Assembly (NCBI GenBank): GCA_951406725.2
Contig: OX597822.1
Coordinates: 89,838,001 to 89,902,000, forward strand
Reading direction: 5' to 3'
DNA: 64,000 nt
From: Octopus vulgaris
Lineage: Eukaryota
The position numbers and the translations under genes were made by a program. Below are positions 60,901-64,000 of this stretch, piece after piece. The notes under the pieces were generated by a model. The model searched no databases. It saw nothing but the letters and a program-made list of their open reading frames with translations, and was not told where the DNA came from. Positions within the stretch are counted from its first letter, which is position 1, and every line of letters starts with the position of its first letter.

Positions 60901-63900
60901 GGGAGTAGATTTTCGATATAAAATTCTTCGGCGGAAGTTTGAGAACAGATGTCAGCTATTCCAGTAAGAAAGATGAGAGAAAAACTGACATGGATTTTTC
61001 ACTTAGATATATGTTGATTATGCTCAGTTACGCCGGTTTGAACAAATATTACTTTTAAGCTAGTCAGAGTTGACCGGATTGAATGATAAAGCTCTGAAAC
61101 TCTCCAAGCTGAGGTACCAAGTGTTTCAAATTGTTTTCTGGACTGTCATATTCGGGTTTGGTTTCTATTTGTTTACTGTATTTGTTTCTGATGGGTCTCT
61201 AGTAGTGTTTTGCTTTACATTCAGCCAAAATTCAGCTTTAAAATGTTTTTTCTACCAAGCGTTATGTTTTTAAATTGTTAGTCTGATAGTTTCACTTTTA
61301 ATGCCCTCCTAAACTGAGAAATGTAAGATTTTGTATGATTAATGTTCTTGATGCTTGCAAGAAAGAATTTGGAAGGATGTATTTTTTGAGAAGGAAGGCT
61401 TAAATAATAATATGTATTTCCAATAGCGTGTATGAAATGTGGTACAATGAGATAGCTGGAACAGTATTAGAAGCAGAAGCGATGACAAAGTTCATCTCAG
61501 TTCTGTGTTTTGCTGTAGCCATTTTCTCAGTTATTGCACTGTTTTTCATATAATTTCTTCATTGTTCAAACTAAAATACAAAGAAGTATGGTTGTAAGAA
61601 AAGATAGCTTGAATAATTCTTTTATAAGGCTATTTTTCTGTTGAAGGCCAGCACAACATTCTTTAGAATTTTTCATTCTTACAGGTCATACTCCATCAAA
61701 TTTATTTTCTCCAATTGTTTCACTACTGTCAGCATCTTAACATCTGTTTTCTCATATTAGCTGGACAAGTCTGCAATGTAGCATATCATCATTTACTCAG
61801 TCATGTTTTATTTCATTAAAGGGCCCAACTTTCACAAATTTCACCTTATCATTTCTTCCCATATTTTTCTTGGTCTTTTTCACTACAGATGTGCTTCACC
61901 ATCAACTGATAACAGTTTTTCAGCTAGTATGTGTCACCCAACTACATTACATATTCACAGCTGTCTTTCCTGCACACTGATCAATGCTTTTGATACCTTA
62001 GCTTCTTCCTCGACTCATTTGTACTTGACCTGTATGGTAGATTATCAGTGTTCTTTATTTCTACATCTTTTCTCTCCAGTTGCTGTATATCTCCCTCTCT
62101 TGCCACCAATAGGAAAAACTCATTAGTCCCTGAAGAAATAACAAAGCTTTAAATATCCTTTCTATTGTTTTTGTTTTCACAATCTCACCAAAACCATCTC
62201 TAATTGCATCATAGGTAATTTGCTTTCATTTCAAGGCTGGATCTCTTGGTAATTACTCTTGTGCTAAAGGCCTGCTTTTGTGTCGGTTTTTCATATGCAA
62301 ACCTTGAGGGTATGCTTGAATCAATAATGTGTCAGATCTGAGAGCCTGCAATAGGCCAATTTGAGATCAAACTGATGACATATGAATGAAACTCATAAGT
62401 GAGTAACATATCTGGAAGGTTCCAATAGACATTCTTTCAAGTTTCAAGCTTTTCCAACAATTTTTTAACAGATTCTATAATGTGAGCGAAGTTATTGGCT
62501 ACATAGAAGCTCCCTAGTATTTCTAGCTTGAAGTACTATGTGATGTCAAGGATTATATATAAAAAAAAACAATCCATATGAACCTGTTTGAAAAATTACT
62601 GGATTCATTATCAATTCTGACTGAATGCTGAATTTTCTCACTGGCTGTTCATCCACAGATTACCTTCTTTGTATCTGTTACATTGTAGAACAGTGGACTG
62701 TTATTCATGTTAACAGATGCTAGGTATCATTGCTTGTAATGGATGAAGAACTTTTCTCTTTAAGTTTTCTCACCAGAAACATCTTAAAATGTATTTCCAT
62801 GTCCTGGTATGAACCTGAAATATATCTGATCAAATCTAACTCAGTCTTGCATTAACTTTGCACCGATTCTTTGAACTGTTAACTTAAGAATTCTTTAATG
62901 TTACTGCATTTAGTGCATCTTTCTATTTGTAATAGTAGATACCAATTACTGGAGATACCTTTCTTCATAGACTTGATTAAATAAGTAAGTAGCTTGTTTA
63001 ATAGGAATTCCATCTAAAGCCTTTAACATTTCAGCAAATATTCTGCAGTTTTGCTAAAATCATCCATCTTTACTTTTTGAGTAGCTTCTACCTACTACTG
63101 CAACTTATGCAAGACTACCATTCATGAAGCATTAAATAGTTTTATGCATTACATAGTTTTCAAGCCTTCAAAATTGCAGCTTATCCTTGTCATTTGCCAA
63201 AAGGATCTCTTCTAACATTGCTAAATCCTCCTATCTACCACTCTTCAAAATCATTGCTCTGTAGGTAGTATTCTTGCAAAGACAGTTCCCATGTTTACTA
63301 CCAACTGCATATACAACTTTACATTGCACACATATAAGTACAACTCTATCAAAATTTTACTTCTTCATTCTACAACTTTCTTCATCAAGTGCACATGTAT
63401 ACTAAGTACAGAAACCAACAAGGTCATAACAAAATCCCTTCCATTGTACTCAAACAGTACACCTCAGAGAGCACCACTAAGTTTTCAAGTTTTTTCTTTC
63501 TACAACAATCTGTCTTTAAATCTATAAACATCCAATCAGTGTGTCCCATTCTCTAGAAGGGTAATCTTTCTGACCTCACCAACCACTGTCCTAAGAGCAA
63601 ATGATATTTAATGGGTTTGGGATATTCTTAACTGAATAATCTAAGTATTTTTGCTGTTGGTTTTTTTTTTTTTTTTTTTTTTTGTGGAGTAGGCCCTAGT
63701 ACATTTGGTGTCTCACCAGCCATCCTGTTATTGTATAGCTGTGTCTATGCAAAATACTGTAGCAGATTGTAATAGCATAGAATAAATAGAAAACTCAGTA
63801 TGTTTGTTGAGTGCATATATATATTATTACAGTACAAAGGTTCGAAGTATTAAGATGGTTGTCAGTTTTACCACTGTTGTGTAATGAATAGAAAACTTTT

Positions 63901-64000
63901 GATGTTACCTAAACTAATGAAGATACAGTTGTAAACATTCTCGAATTTAGTAACCATTACATTGGTATAAACTGGGATGATGGTCTAGCTGTAACTACCC

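Noticed and set aside
60900-61112. Candidate plus-strand exon (GVDFRYKILRRK...)
   Set aside because: Stops in all frames over the full span, and I could not join it in phase to the 59069 candidate exon.
61700-63650. Coding-like composition on the minus strand
   Set aside because: No sustained ORF or recognisable motif. Possibly an old retroelement, but not supportable.

Overview
AT-rich, microsatellite- and transposon-dense animal DNA. The repeat families suggest an octopus or other coleoid cephalopod (inference). The one well-supported gene is a 12-exon MINDY3/FAM188A deubiquitinase on the minus strand (ATG 41445 to TAA 5469; 1344 nt, 447 aa, all GT-AG introns with consistent phases). A 2.2-kb (TA)/(TACA) array begins about 40 nt past its stop codon. 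The rest is mobile-element DNA: RTE and CR1/L2-like LINEs, two tRNA-SINE families, Tc1/mariner, piggyBac- and Mutator-like MITEs, non-autonomous Helitrons and a Gypsy remnant. The most interesting signal is a set of small non-coding Penelope-like/retrozyme-like elements carrying hammerhead ribozyme motifs, most of them inserted into (TA)n tracts. They include (i) a ~1-kb palindrome with a minimal type I hammerhead on each strand and (ii) a family in two diverged copies (33574-33649 +, 49528-49600 -) whose three hammerhead strands are in a non-circularly permuted order, with compensatory base changes between the copies. All RNA structures were folded by eye and none has been tested.
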